The notes beneath the pieces were generated by a model, which saw nothing but the letters and a program-made list of their open reading frames with translations, ran no database searches and had not been told where the DNA came from. Of a stretch of DNA of 64,000 nucleotides, positions 28,217 through 37,376 are shown piece by piece. The first letter of the stretch is position 1. Every line of letters starts with the position of its first letter. The stretch lies in contig JASGJN010000016.1 in the NCBI GenBank assembly GCA_049840735.1, forward strand, positions 11,598-75,597. Direction: 5' to 3'. A program made the translations under genes and the position numbers. The stretch comes from Anaeromyxobacter sp. GTDB taxonomy: Bacteria > Myxococcota > Myxococcia > Myxococcales > Anaeromyxobacteraceae.

Positions 28217-29320
28217 TCACTCCAGCCAGTCCCGGTCCCGCAGCTTCCTCGGCAGGTACTCCTCGGTGATGAAGCTGATGCCGCGCCGGGAGAGGGCCTC
28301 CAGCTCGTACTTCTCGCCGGAGCGGACCATCTCCTGGATCTCCTTCTGCCACTTGGGCGCCTGGAACCAGGGGTACGCCAGCATCTGCTTGGCGCGCGAC
28401 TGGTCCTGGTCGTTCATGGGGATGGAGACGTTGCTGGGCAGCTTGTACTTGGTCTTGTCGAACGACGACAGGCCCACGAAGCGCGCCCCGGGCACGGCCA
28501 TGCGCATCGACTCGTAGGCCAGGTTGATCGAGCCCTGCTTGAGCACCGAGTAGATGTAGAAGCCCCAGGGATCGTTGTCGACCAGCACGTACACCGGCAG
28601 CTTCAGCTCGGTGTGCAGCCGCTGCACCACCCGGCGCACGCCGCGGGGCGGCTGCCCCTGGCCGGTCACGATGATGCACTTCTCGCGCTGCCAGAACTTG
28701 TCCTCGTTGAAGCGCTTCCAGACGGCGTCCTTCTCGATGAGCAGGATGTACTTCGCCTCGCTCTTGCCGAACTGGACCACGTGCTCCTCGACGATGGAGG
28801 GCACCGACCAGCCGCCCGAGCCCATGCGGCGCAGGTCGATGGTGTCCCCGGTGTCGCGGATGGTGAGCGGGCCGACCATCGAGCCGCGCCCGGTGGCGAA
28901 GAGGTGCAGCTCCTCGCGCAGGGCGTCGATGGACACCTCCAGGTCCTCGATGATGGGATCCGACTCCTCCTGCTCCTCGAAGGTGTTCTGCTTGGTGTCC
29001 CCGAGGCCGTGCTTGGTCATGTAGTAGAGGTCGCGGATGCTCGTCGTCTTGCCGGCGTCGATGAGCTCCTTGCAGGCCTCCGAGACCAGGAACGTCTGCA
29101 TGAACTTCTTGGCCATGCTGACGTTGAAGAAGTAGCGCTTCTGGCGCTGGTTCCCCAGCTCGATGAGCCGCTTCTTCTCGTTGAAGCGGACGTTGGCCAG
29201 CGAGCGGATGGGGATCTCGAGGAACGGGTTCTTCCCGCCCTTCACGCTCTTGAGGACGCTGTCCGCCAGCTTCTCGATCTTCTGGACGGTCTGCTTGTCG
29301 ATCTGGTCGAGCCTGGGCAT
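28217..29320 (-). CDS. top6A: DNA topoisomerase VI subunit A (Spo11-like)
   Basis: SIRDLYY (catalytic Tyr), QEESDPIIEDLE, IEKDA, GQGQP, DNDPWG Toprim, ELEAL. Confidence 0.95.
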   Translation of the reverse strand: MPRLDQIDKQTVQKIEKLADSVLKSVKGGKNPFLEIPIRSLANVRFNEKKRLIELGNQRQKRYFFNVSMAKKFMQTFLVSEACKELIDAGKTTSIRDLYYMTKHGLGDTKQNTFEEQEESDPIIEDLEVSIDALREELHLFATGRGSMVGPLTIRDTGDTIDLRRMGSGGWSVPSIVEEHVVQFGKSEAKYILLIEKDAVWKRFNEDKFWQREKCIIVTGQGQPPRGVRRVVQRLHTELKLPVYVLVDNDPWGFYIYSVLKQGSINLAYESMRMAVPGARFVGLSSFDKTKYKLPSNVSIPMNDQDQSRAKQMLAYPWFQAPKWQKEIQEMVRSGEKYELEALSRRGISFITEEYLPRKLRDRDWLE

Positions 29321-29323
29321 GGC

Positions 29324-31453
29324 CTACTCCTGCTCCTCTTCCGACCGGCGCGGCCGCCGAGTGATCTTCTCCGACTGCTCCTGCAGGGCCGCGTCCTGCT
29401 CGGCCAGCTCCTGCTCGGTCACCTTGTCCGCCAGGCGCAGGAACTCGCGCTTGATGGGATCGGCGCTCCGCTTCGTGATCCGGCCGATCGACTGCGCCAC
29501 CTCCTGGATGTACAGCTCGAAGAGGCTGCGGCGCTGGGCCTGGTAGTCCAGGTGCTTCTTCTTCCGGATGTGCGCGGCCAGCTTGCGCCCGCACTCCTGC
29601 GCGGCCAGCTGGATCTCGCGCATGATCTCCGGGTAGTGGGCCACGGCCTCCTTGGCCTCGCTGGTGAACGGCACCCAGACCGAGGCGATGTGGACCAGCA
29701 GCGCCATGGGGCCGACCGGCAGCGAGCCCTTGGGCTGGCTGAGCAGGTAGTTGCGCCAGTCGGTCTTGACGATGGCCTCGGTCATGCCGCAGGCGCCGCG
29801 CTGGAAGAGCAGCGGCACGCGGTTCGCGAAGCGGAACAGCTCGATGGGCTTGTCGGCGGGCCAGGAGCCGCCGTACGCGAGCCCGACCTCCACCTGGAAG
29901 GGGTTCCCGCGGTAGACCTTGGGCGGCCGCGTGACGGTGGAGATGAAGTAGTTGTGCCCCTTGATCTTCTCGACGCCCTCCTCGGGCGGCGCGTCGGGCA
30001 CCTCGGGCGCGGCGGCCTTGGCCTCCTTCTCCTTCTTCGACGACTTCTTCTTCCTGGCCTGGTCGAGGTCGAGCTGCTCGTCCGCCTCCGGCCCCTCGGT
30101 CTCGATCACGTTGAGGAAGGAGATGAGCCCCTTCTTCATGAGCTCGTCGCCGATGGGCGAGAGCACCTGCGTCGGCGGCGCCATGATCTTCGTGGCGGCG
30201 ATGGCCTTGTGCAGCCGGTCGGCCAGGTCGCGATCCTCGGCCAGGTCGCGGGGGCGGACCCTGGCCTTGAACCCGGCGGCCTTGACGATCTCCTCCGCCA
30301 CCGGCCCCGACACGCGCGAGAAGGCGGTCTGCAGGAACCCCTTCACGTCGTGGCTCTTGGAGTCGGCCGCCATCACCATCAGGGCGCCCAGCTCGACGCC
30401 GTGCGGGTGGGGCTTGATCTCCTGCGCCTCCTTGGGCAGCTCCTCGGTGGCGCGCGGGAAGCTGAGCCGCTCCTGGCGCGGCCGCACGTAGTGGAAGGTG
30501 GCGTGCGGGTTGGAGAGGGCGGTGTGCTCGACGTAGCGGTTCACGAACCGCTGCCCCTGCTGCCAGTTGGCGACGATCTCCAGCTCCACCCGCGTGCCGT
30601 GTTCCTGGTGCCACTCGGCCAGCTCCCGGTCGGCGGTGACGACCGGGTTGTTCTTGCGGGTGTCGATCTGGATCTCGAACCAGTGGGCCGGCTTGCTCTT
30701 CGCGATCCGCGAGGTGACGCGGATGGGCTGGCCGGTGGTCAGCTGGCCGTACATGGCGGCGGCGCTGATGCCGATGCCCTGCTGGCCGCGGCTCTGCTTG
30801 AGCCGGTGGAACTTGGAGCCGTAGAGCAGCTTGCCGAAGATCTTGGGCGCCTGGGCCTTCACGATGCCGGGCCCGTTGTCCTCGATCACCACCACGAAGC
30901 GCCCCTCGCCCTTGGTCAGGTCGCCCTCGCCGCTGGGCTTGAGCGCCAGGTCGCGGACCTCGATGGTGATCTCGGGGAGGATGCCGGCCTCCTCGCAGGC
31001 GTCGAGCGAGTTGTCCACGGCCTCCTTGATGGTGGTGAGGAGGGCCTTGGAGGCGTTGTCGAAGCCGAGCAGGTGCCGGTTCTTGGTGAAGAACTCCGAG
31101 ATGGAGATCTCGCGCTGCTTGGCGGCCATCTGCTCGGCGGTGGCCCGCCGGCGCGGCGCCTTCTCGACGGGCGCGGCCGGCTCGGCCTCCACCGGCTCGG
31201 GCGCGGGCGCCTCCGCGACGGGCGGCGCCGCCCTGCCCCTGGCCGCGGCCTTGCCCTTTCCCTTGCCCTTGGCCGGCGGCGGTGGGGGCGGCGCCGCGCG
31301 CCTGCCCGGAGGTGGCGCGGCCGCCTTGGCGCCACGCCCGCGCGCCGGCGTCGCCGGCACCACCAGCTCGAGCTGGCTCGGCGCCCTGCCCGCCGGCTTC
31401 ACCTTCCCGCCCTTCGCCGCCTTCGCCGCCGCTGCGCTCTTCCGAGCCGCCAT
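29324..31453 (-). CDS. top6B: DNA topoisomerase VI subunit B
   Basis: ISISEFFTKNRHLLGF, KEAVDNSLDACEE, EDNGPGI, QSRGQQGIGIS, PHPHGV, RFANRVPLL, VPFTSEAKE; K/A/P-rich N-terminal extension. Confidence 0.95.
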   Translation of the reverse strand: MAARKSAAAAKAAKGGKVKPAGRAPSQLELVVPATPARGRGAKAAAPPPGRRAAPPPPPPAKGKGKGKAAARGRAAPPVAEAPAPEPVEAEPAAPVEKAPRRRATAEQMAAKQREISISEFFTKNRHLLGFDNASKALLTTIKEAVDNSLDACEEAGILPEITIEVRDLALKPSGEGDLTKGEGRFVVVIEDNGPGIVKAQAPKIFGKLLYGSKFHRLKQSRGQQGIGISAAAMYGQLTTGQPIRVTSRIAKSKPAHWFEIQIDTRKNNPVVTADRELAEWHQEHGTRVELEIVANWQQGQRFVNRYVEHTALSNPHATFHYVRPRQERLSFPRATEELPKEAQEIKPHPHGVELGALMVMAADSKSHDVKGFLQTAFSRVSGPVAEEIVKAAGFKARVRPRDLAEDRDLADRLHKAIAATKIMAPPTQVLSPIGDELMKKGLISFLNVIETEGPEADEQLDLDQARKKKSSKKEKEAKAAAPEVPDAPPEEGVEKIKGHNYFISTVTRPPKVYRGNPFQVEVGLAYGGSWPADKPIELFRFANRVPLLFQRGACGMTEAIVKTDWRNYLLSQPKGSLPVGPMALLVHIASVWVPFTSEAKEAVAHYPEIMREIQLAAQECGRKLAAHIRKKKHLDYQAQRRSLFELYIQEVAQSIGRITKRSADPIKREFLRLADKVTEQELAEQDAALQEQSEKITRRPRRSEEEQE

Positions 31454-31591
31454 GAGCCGTAACCTCGCGATATCTGCCGCCATCGCCCGTGTAACACGAG
31501 CGGGCGGTGGGCGCGAGAAAGCGGCAGGCGGTGGGGCGCCTGGTTTCGAGCCTGTCGGCGGGTGGTTGCGGGTGGGAGCGCGCGGTCGCTC

Positions 31592-31688
31592 CCGTTCGCG
31601 GTTCGACAAGCTCACCGCGAACGGAGGCGTGCACCGCGAACGGAGGCAGCTCACCGCGACCTGAGGCCGCTCACCGCGAGCGGAGCCA
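31592..31688 (+). repeat. REP-like palindrome followed by four ~20-bp tandem units
   Basis: CCGTTCGCGG-ttcgacaagctca-CCGCGAACGG, then GCTCACCGCGAACGGAGGC-like units at 31610, 31629, 31649, 31669. Confidence 0.7.
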
Positions 31689-31727
31689 GCCCAGCCAAGG
31701 CCAGCGCCGCGAACGGCCCTCCCCCCC

Positions 31728-31778
31728 CCGTTCGCCCTGAGCGTAGCCGGGGCCCGCGGCCCCGGCGGAGTCGAAGGG
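31728..31778 (+). repeat. Dispersed REP-like palindromic element, copy 1
   Basis: CCGTTCGCCCTGAGCGTAG-[CCGGGGCC cgc GGCCCCGG]-CGGAGTCGAAGGG. Confidence 0.75.
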
Positions 31779-31799
31779 CAGGGACGGAACGGCCGGACG

Positions 31800-32240
31800 C
31801 TACTGCCGCAGCGCCAGCCCGCAGCTGGTGGCGCCGCTCGTCACCACGAAGTCCGGCGCATTGAACGGCTCGCTGGTCCCGCCGTCGATGATGAGCACGT
31901 CGTAGGAGCCCTCCGTGCTCGGCGCGGTGAAGCTGCAGGCGAACGGCTGCACATCGCAGGCAGCGTCGCAGCTCCCGGTCTCGCAAGCCTGGACCCGGGT
32001 GTCGAGCTGGATGACATGCTCCGCCTCGTCCACGATGACCGCGCAGGTGGCGCCGCTCTGGTGGCAATCCGGGCAGAGGCGGACGGGCAGGTTGACCGCC
32101 TCGCCAGGGTGGGCGGAGCAGCTCGCCACCGCCTGCACGTCCGGCGGCGCCGAGGCGCAATCCTCCTCCCCACAGCTCGTGACGACGAGCGCAGAAGAGG
32201 CGAGCAAGGCAGCGAGCGCTGCGCGGCGGGTGGTGGTCAT
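31800..32240 (-). CDS. Cys-rich hypothetical lipoprotein
   Basis: VTSC lipobox-like; about 10 Cys. Confidence 0.65.
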   Translation of the reverse strand: MTTTRRAALAALLASSALVVTSCGEEDCASAPPDVQAVASCSAHPGEAVNLPVRLCPDCHQSGATCAVIVDEAEHVIQLDTRVQACETGSCDAACDVQPFACSFTAPSTEGSYDVLIIDGGTSEPFNAPDFVVTSGATSCGLALRQ

Positions 32241-32358
32241 GTGCGGTCCTCCTCGACGGAACCGGCAGATCATCCCGAACTGGGGGGCCGGGGCAAGCAT
32301 TCGTGCGCCGGGCGTGGGTCGAAAGGTGGGACGGCCGGGGTCCACCCTGCATTCACCC

Positions 32359-32763
32359 CTACTGGCCGCGGAGGAAGCGGGAGGCGCAGAGCGGGGCGGC
32401 GTTGCCCTGGGTGTCGAGGTCCGCCTGGGCAAACTCGATCATGCAGACGCAGCGCCCCTGATTACAGGCGGCCGGATCGCCGGGCAGGAAGAAGTACTCG
32501 CTCCTGCAGTAGGGCGCGTCAGCGGACGCGTGAGGACATTGCTGGAGATCTACATAGTCCGGCCGGCACTCGGTCTGCTGGCCGACGTAGGCGCCCTGAT
32601 ACGCAGCCATCATGATCAGCGCGTCATCGATGGTGGCGCCGTCCCCCGCCAGCGCGGAGCACTCGCTCGCGAACCTGTCGAAGACCTTGTGCTCCTCGCT
32701 CTTGCCGCAGGCGGCGACGAGCAGGAGCAGGAGCGCCGCCACCTGTCCACACCGGAGCCTCAT
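32359..32763 (-). CDS. Cys-rich hypothetical lipoprotein
   Basis: VAAC lipobox; multiple Cys. Confidence 0.65.
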   Translation of the reverse strand: MRLRCGQVAALLLLLVAACGKSEEHKVFDRFASECSALAGDGATIDDALIMMAAYQGAYVGQQTECRPDYVDLQQCPHASADAPYCRSEYFFLPGDPAACNQGRCVCMIEFAQADLDTQGNAAPLCASRFLRGQ

Positions 32764-32834
32764 TCCTACAGGATTATCCTGCGCTTCCGGGCCTTGCCAG
32801 GGCTGCGTCGGGGCAGCTACGACTCCCTGGTGGG

Positions 32835-33392
32835 GTGAACGGAGGTCGCGTGCTGTCGATCGAGACGGTGGCGGTGGTGGGCGCGGGCGAGGCGGGCACC
32901 CGCTTCGCCGTGCTGGCGGCGCTCGCCGGCTGCTCCGTCCGCGTCCACGACACGTCCCCGGGCGCCCTGGAGCGCGGCTTCGAGGCGGTGCGGCAGCTGG
33001 TCGAGGCGGCCGGGGCCGCCGGCATGTTCACGCCCCGCGACCGGCAGCGCATCCTCGACGGCGTCCTCTTCACCACCGATCTCGACGAGGCGGTCATCGC
33101 CGCCGACCTGGTGCTGGACGCGGGCGGCGAAGGCGCGGCCGAGCGGCTGGCGCGGCTCACGGTGGTGACGCGCGCCAGCTCGCCGCTGGCCACCGTGGAC
33201 GCGCCGCCCGCCGACCTGGCCCGCCTGCCGCAGCCGGGCCGGGTGCTGGCGCTGCGCCTGGCCGAGGGCGCCGGCCCGGTGCCGCAGCTGCTGGTGGTGC
33301 CCGCCGCGGCCACCGCTGCCCACGCCATCGCACGCGCCGAGGACTTCGCCCGCCGGCTCAACCGCGCGGCGCAGGCGCAGGACGCGGCCTGA
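32835..33392 (+). CDS. 3-hydroxyacyl-CoA dehydrogenase NAD-binding-domain-only protein
   Basis: [13 protein letters not shown]ossmann start, ADLVLDA; no C-terminal domain. Start may be 32850. Confidence 0.65.
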   Translation: MNGGRVLSIETVAVVGAGEAGTRFAVLAALAGCSVRVHDTSPGALERGFEAVRQLVEAAGAAGMFTPRDRQRILDGVLFTTDLDEAVIAADLVLDAGGEGAAERLARLTVVTRASSPLATVDAPPADLARLPQPGRVLALRLAEGAGPVPQLLVVPAAATAAHAIARAEDFARRLNRAAQAQDAA

Positions 33393-33471
33393 GTCCTCTC
33401 CCGCGCGGGCCCCCGCCGGCCGTTGCCGCCCCGCCCCTCCGGCGCTAGTAAAGCGGCCGGAGGCAACGACC

Positions 33472-33969
33472 ATGCTCGCACCGCTGCTGGCCCTCGCGCT
33501 GACCGCGCCGCTCAAGGTGGGCGACAAGGCCCCGGACTTCACGCTCCCCGACACCGACGGCAAGCCGGTCCAGCTCTCGGCGCTGCTCCAGCGCGGCCCG
33601 GTGATGCTGGCCTTCTACCCCAAGGCCTTCACCTCCGGCTGCACCAAGCAGAACGAGGCCTTCCGCGACAGGTTCGCCGAGGTGGAGAAGAAGGGCGCCC
33701 AGGTGGTGGGCATCTCCACCGACGACGTGGAGACCCAGCGCAGGTTCAGGGCCGAGCTGAAGCTCCCCTACCCGCTCCTCGCCGATCCGGAGGCCAAGGT
33801 GGTGAACGCGTACGTGGGCACCATCCCGGTGGTCGGGCGCGCCAACCGGGCCAACGTGATCATCGGCCAGGACGGCAAGGTGACCGGGCTGGTCGAGGGG
33901 AGCGACGCCATCGACCCCTCGTCCGCCATCTCGATGTGCCCGCTGCGCAAGGCCGGAGGCTCGCCATGA
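33472..33969 (+). CDS. Peroxiredoxin (BCP/PrxQ family)
   Basis: [35 protein letters not shown]. Confidence 0.9.
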   Translation: MLAPLLALALTAPLKVGDKAPDFTLPDTDGKPVQLSALLQRGPVMLAFYPKAFTSGCTKQNEAFRDRFAEVEKKGAQVVGISTDDVETQRRFRAELKLPYPLLADPEAKVVNAYVGTIPVVGRANRANVIIGQDGKVTGLVEGSDAIDPSSAISMCPLRKAGGSP

Positions 33970-34184
33970 GCCTCGCCGACACGCTGGTGGCCACGCTCCG
34001 CCGCAAGCTGCTGGGCATCTCGCCGGAGGAGATCCGCTTCACCTTCGAGGACGTCCGTGGCGAGCTGCGCGCGGTGCGCGCGGAGCTGAAGGAGGAGCTC
34101 GCCCAGCTGCGCCGCGAGCTGGACGCGCTCCCGTCCCGCCAGGACCGCACACGCGGGCCGGAGATCCCGGTCGCCGAGGCCTGA
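33966..34184 (+). CDS. Small hypothetical coiled-coil protein
   Basis: ATGA overlap with the Prx stop; [17 protein letters not shown]... Confidence 0.6.
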   Translation: MSLADTLVATLRRKLLGISPEEIRFTFEDVRGELRAVRAELKEELAQLRRELDALPSRQDRTRGPEIPVAEA

Positions 34185-34207
34185 GAGGTCCCGCCCCGCA
34201 CCTGGCC

Positions 34208-34257
34208 CCATTCGGCCTGAGCGTAGCGAACCCGCAGGGCTCGCGGAGTCGAAGGCC
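34208..34257 (+). repeat. Dispersed REP-like palindromic element, copy 2
   Basis: CCATTCGGCCTGAGCGTAG-[CGAACCC gca GGGCTCG]-CGGAGTCGAAGGCC between convergent genes. Confidence 0.75.
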
Positions 34258-34264
34258 AGCAGCC

Positions 34265-35182
34265 TCAGCCCGGGATCCCATCCTCCACGATCACCCGCCG
34301 CACCACCGCCTCGCCCGCCCCGGCAACGAGCCGCTCGCCCTCGCGCCAGTGCGCGCGGCGCAGGTAGCCCAGCCCCACCCGGCCGTCCGGCGTGGCCGCC
34401 GCGCTGGTCACCCGCCCCACCTCGGCGCCGCCCGGGGCGAGGAGCGGCGTGCCCGGGCCGGCCCCCTCCGGCAGCGCCAGCTGCACCAGCCCGCGCTGCA
34501 GGTGGCCGCGGGCGGTGGCCCGCACCACCACCTCCTGGCCGATGTAGCACCCCTTGGTGAAGGAGATGGCGGAGCGGGTCAGCCCCGCCTCCATGGGGAG
34601 CCGGCCCTCGTCCAGCTCGGCGCCCCAGCGCGGCTGGCCGCCCAGCACGCGCAGCGCCTCCAGCGCCGCCCCGTCCAGCGCCGGCCAGCCCTCCGCCACC
34701 AGCTCGGCGCGGAGCGCCTCCGCCTCGGCCGGCGGCAGCCAGGCCTCCAGCCCGGGCGCGCCGTGGCGGGCGGTCTCCACCCGGCGCGGGCCGCCGCGCG
34801 CGCCCAGCCGCTCCCGCGCCTGCGGCCCCAGCAGCGGCACCGCGCGCAGCGTGGCCGAGGCGTCGGCCAGCGCCACCTCGTCCATCACCACCAGCTTCTC
34901 CAGCAGCGCCTGGGTGCCGGGGCGCGCGGCCGGGTCGAGCGCCAGCAGCGCGCCGTCCTCCTCCACGCGCACGATCCCCTCGCCCACCAGGTGCCCCCTG
35001 GCCGTGAGGAAGGCGGCGTGCGCGGCCTGCCCCGGGGCGAGCCGGGCCAGGTCCTGGGTGGACATGCGGTGCAGGTAGTCCCGGGCGTCCTTGCCGGTGG
35101 CGCGCAGGAAGCCCGGCGCCAGCACCGGCCCCACGGCCGCGCCGGCGCGCGCAGCGGCCAGCTGTTCGGAGAGCGTCGTCAC
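34265..35182 (-). CDS. ygfZ: YgfZ/GcvT folate-binding protein
   Basis: ISFTKGCYIGQEVV signature. Confidence 0.9.
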   Translation of the reverse strand: MTTLSEQLAAARAGAAVGPVLAPGFLRATGKDARDYLHRMSTQDLARLAPGQAAHAAFLTARGHLVGEGIVRVEEDGALLALDPAARPGTQALLEKLVVMDEVALADASATLRAVPLLGPQARERLGARGGPRRVETARHGAPGLEAWLPPAEAEALRAELVAEGWPALDGAALEALRVLGGQPRWGAELDEGRLPMEAGLTRSAISFTKGCYIGQEVVVRATARGHLQRGLVQLALPEGAGPGTPLLAPGGAEVGRVTSAAATPDGRVGLGYLRRAHWREGERLVAGAGEAVVRRVIVEDGIPG

Positions 35183-35232
35183 GCCCAGGAATTAACCGCC
35201 CGGCGGCCGCGGCTCAAGCGCCGCGAGCGGCG

Positions 35233-36093
35233 CTACCCGCGCTCGGTCAGGATCACGCCGGCCAGCACCAGCGCCCCGCCCGCCACGAACGGCCCGGTGA
35301 GCCGCTCGCCGTACACCGCCCAGGCCAGGAGCGCGGTCAGCACCGGCTGGAGGTTGGACCAGATGGCCACCCGGCTCGCGTCGGCGCGGGAGAGCGCCCA
35401 GTAGTAGAGCAGGTAGGCCACCACGCTGGTCATCGCCACCAGGTAGCCCAGGCTGGTCCAGGCCGTCCCGGAGAGCGCGGCGAAGCGGTGCAGGTCGCTC
35501 CTCCAGAGGCCCACCGGCAGGTAGATGAGGGTGCCGATCACGATGGCGGCGCTGGTGGAGACCACCGGGCCGTAGCGCTGCGCGTAGACCTTGCCGCCCA
35601 CCGCGAAGAGCGCCCAGGCCACCACCGCCAGCAGGATCATCAGGTCGCCGACGAGCTGATCCGGCGAGCCGCCCAGCGCCACCAGCCCGCGCGCGCCCAG
35701 CACCACCACCACCCCGGCGAACGCCAGCGCGATGCCGAGGAGCTTCCGCGGCGTGGCCTGCTCGCCCAGGCGCAGGCGCGCCAGCAGGAACACGAAGATG
35801 GGCGTGAGCGCGTAGAGCAGCGCGGCGTGGCCGGGCGTGGAGCGGGCCAGCCCGGCCAGGAAGAAGCCCTGGTTGAGCGGCACGGCCAGCGCGCCCAGGG
35901 CGGTGAGGCCCACGAGGTCGCGGGGCGCGATGCGCGCGCGGCGGTGCAGGAGCAGCGCGCCGAAGACCAGGCCGGCCACGCAGAAGCGGAACAGCGCCAC
36001 CTCGAAGGGCGGGAGCTCGTCCAGCGCCCGCTTGGCGGCGATGTAGGTTCCGGCCGAGATGGCCGAGTGGATCAGCATGACGAGTTGGATCAC
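35233..36093 (-). CDS. DMT/EamA family transporter
   Basis: About 10 hydrophobic segments; LTPIFV, LGEQ, NLQPV, YGE. Confidence 0.88.
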   Translation of the reverse strand: MIQLVMLIHSAISAGTYIAAKRALDELPPFEVALFRFCVAGLVFGALLLHRRARIAPRDLVGLTALGALAVPLNQGFFLAGLARSTPGHAALLYALTPIFVFLLARLRLGEQATPRKLLGIALAFAGVVVVLGARGLVALGGSPDQLVGDLMILLAVVAWALFAVGGKVYAQRYGPVVSTSAAIVIGTLIYLPVGLWRSDLHRFAALSGTAWTSLGYLVAMTSVVAYLLYYWALSRADASRVAIWSNLQPVLTALLAWAVYGERLTGPFVAGGALVLAGVILTERG

Positions 36094-36165
36094 GGGTGGG
36101 GTTCCGTCGGAGGCGGCGGGAATGTAGACGATTCCCGGCGCGGCGCAACCCGCGGCGCGAACCCT

Positions 36166-36216
36166 GGCCTTCGACTCCGGGCCCGCCGAGGCGGGCCCTA
36201 CGCTCCGGCCGAACGG
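36166..36216 (-). repeat. Dispersed REP-like palindromic element, copy 3
   Basis: Plus strand GGCCTTCGACTCCG-[GGCCCGCC ga GGCGGGCC]-CTACGCTCCGGCCGAACGG, the reverse complement of the family. Confidence 0.75.
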
Positions 36217-36245
36217 AGGGTCCGCGCGCGGCGCCGGAGGCGCGC

Positions 36246-37265
36246 TCAGGCGTCGAGCTGCGCCAGCGCCCACCGCGCCGCGGCGCGGATCCCGTCGTGC
36301 GGTGAGTCGAGGTGCGCGCGCACCGCCTCGAGGTGCTCCCGCGCGCCCTGCAGCCCCACCTGCAGGAGCGCGTTGCGGACCAGCCCGTCGCGCCGGGCGC
36401 GGGCCAGCGCCGTGCCGTGCGCCCAGGCCGCGTAGCGCTCGGGGTCGAGCGAGAGGAGCGCGGAGAGCGGCAGCGCCGCCTGCCCGACGCGGGGCAGGAG
36501 CTCCGGGTCGCTGGCCTCGGGGAGCCCCTGGTTCCACGGGCAGACGGTCTGGCAGTCGTCGCAGCCGAACACCCAGCGCCCGAGCCGTCCGGCCATCTCC
36601 GGCGGGATCTCCCCCCGCCGCTCGATGGTCCAGAAGGAGATGCAGCGCCGGGCGTCCACCAGCCCGGGCTCGGGGATGGCGCCGGTGGGGCACGCCGACA
36701 GGCAGGCGGCGCAGCGGCCGCAGCGCTCCGGGAACGGCGCGTCCGGGTCGAGCTCGCGGTCGGTGAGCACCAGCGCCAGCAGCACCCAGCTGCCCCACTC
36801 CGGCGTGATGAGGCAGCCGTTCTTCCCCACCCAGCCCAGGCCGGCCCGCTGCGCCCAGACCTTCTCCATCACCGGCCCGATGTCCGCCCCGGCCCAGAGC
36901 TGGACGCCGGGGTCGAGCGCCCGGAGCGCGGCCACCAGCAGCTTGAGCCGCTTCTTCATCACGCCGTGGTAGTCCCGGCCGCGCGCGTAGCGGGCCACCT
37001 CGCCGGTGCCCGGCGGCGGCGGGGCGGACGCGCCGGCGTGGTACGGCAGCGCCAGCGCCACCACGCTGCGCGCGCCGGGGAGGACCCGCGCCGGGTCCAG
37101 CCGCTCCGCGCGCTGGCTCCGCAGCCAGCTCATGTCCGCCTCGAAGCCGCGCGCCAGCATCCGGTCGAGGGGGCCGGGATCGAGCGGCTCGGCCCTGGCC
37201 ACGCCGGCCTTCCAGAACCCGGCCTGGCGGGCGGCCTCCTTCACCTGGGCGGCGTCGAGCGGCAT
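36246..37265 (-). CDS. queG: tRNA epoxyqueuosine(34) reductase
   Basis: ARYARGRDYH, GLGWVGKN, CGRCAACLSACPTGA, DARRCISF, FGCDDCQTVCPWN. Confidence 0.95.
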   Translation of the reverse strand: MPLDAAQVKEAARQAGFWKAGVARAEPLDPGPLDRMLARGFEADMSWLRSQRAERLDPARVLPGARSVVALALPYHAGASAPPPPGTGEVARYARGRDYHGVMKKRLKLLVAALRALDPGVQLWAGADIGPVMEKVWAQRAGLGWVGKNGCLITPEWGSWVLLALVLTDRELDPDAPFPERCGRCAACLSACPTGAIPEPGLVDARRCISFWTIERRGEIPPEMAGRLGRWVFGCDDCQTVCPWNQGLPEASDPELLPRVGQAALPLSALLSLDPERYAAWAHGTALARARRDGLVRNALLQVGLQGAREHLEAVRAHLDSPHDGIRAAARWALAQLDA

Positions 37266-37319
37266 GCGCGCTTTCTAACGCGGGAGAGGCTCCCGGCCGC
37301 CCCGTTTCCGCCCCTCCCG

Positions 37320-37373
37320 GATCGTCCGGCGGCTGAAATTTTGACGGCGATCCGATATCGGATCATACCGATC
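37320..37373 (+). promoter_or_regulatory. Methyltransferase promoter region with 4 GATC sites and a 16-bp perfect palindrome
   Basis: TTGACG at 37341; GATCCGATATCGGATC at 37349-37364; GATC at 37320, 37349, 37361, 37370. Confidence 0.6.
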
Positions 37374-37376
37374 TCC

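Noticed and set aside
31610..31716. Possible CRISPR array
   Set aside because: Units are 19-20 bp, directly abutting, with no unique spacers and no cas genes nearby
33472..33969. Second selenoprotein (BCP)
   Set aside because: Peroxidatic residue is a normal Cys (TGC)
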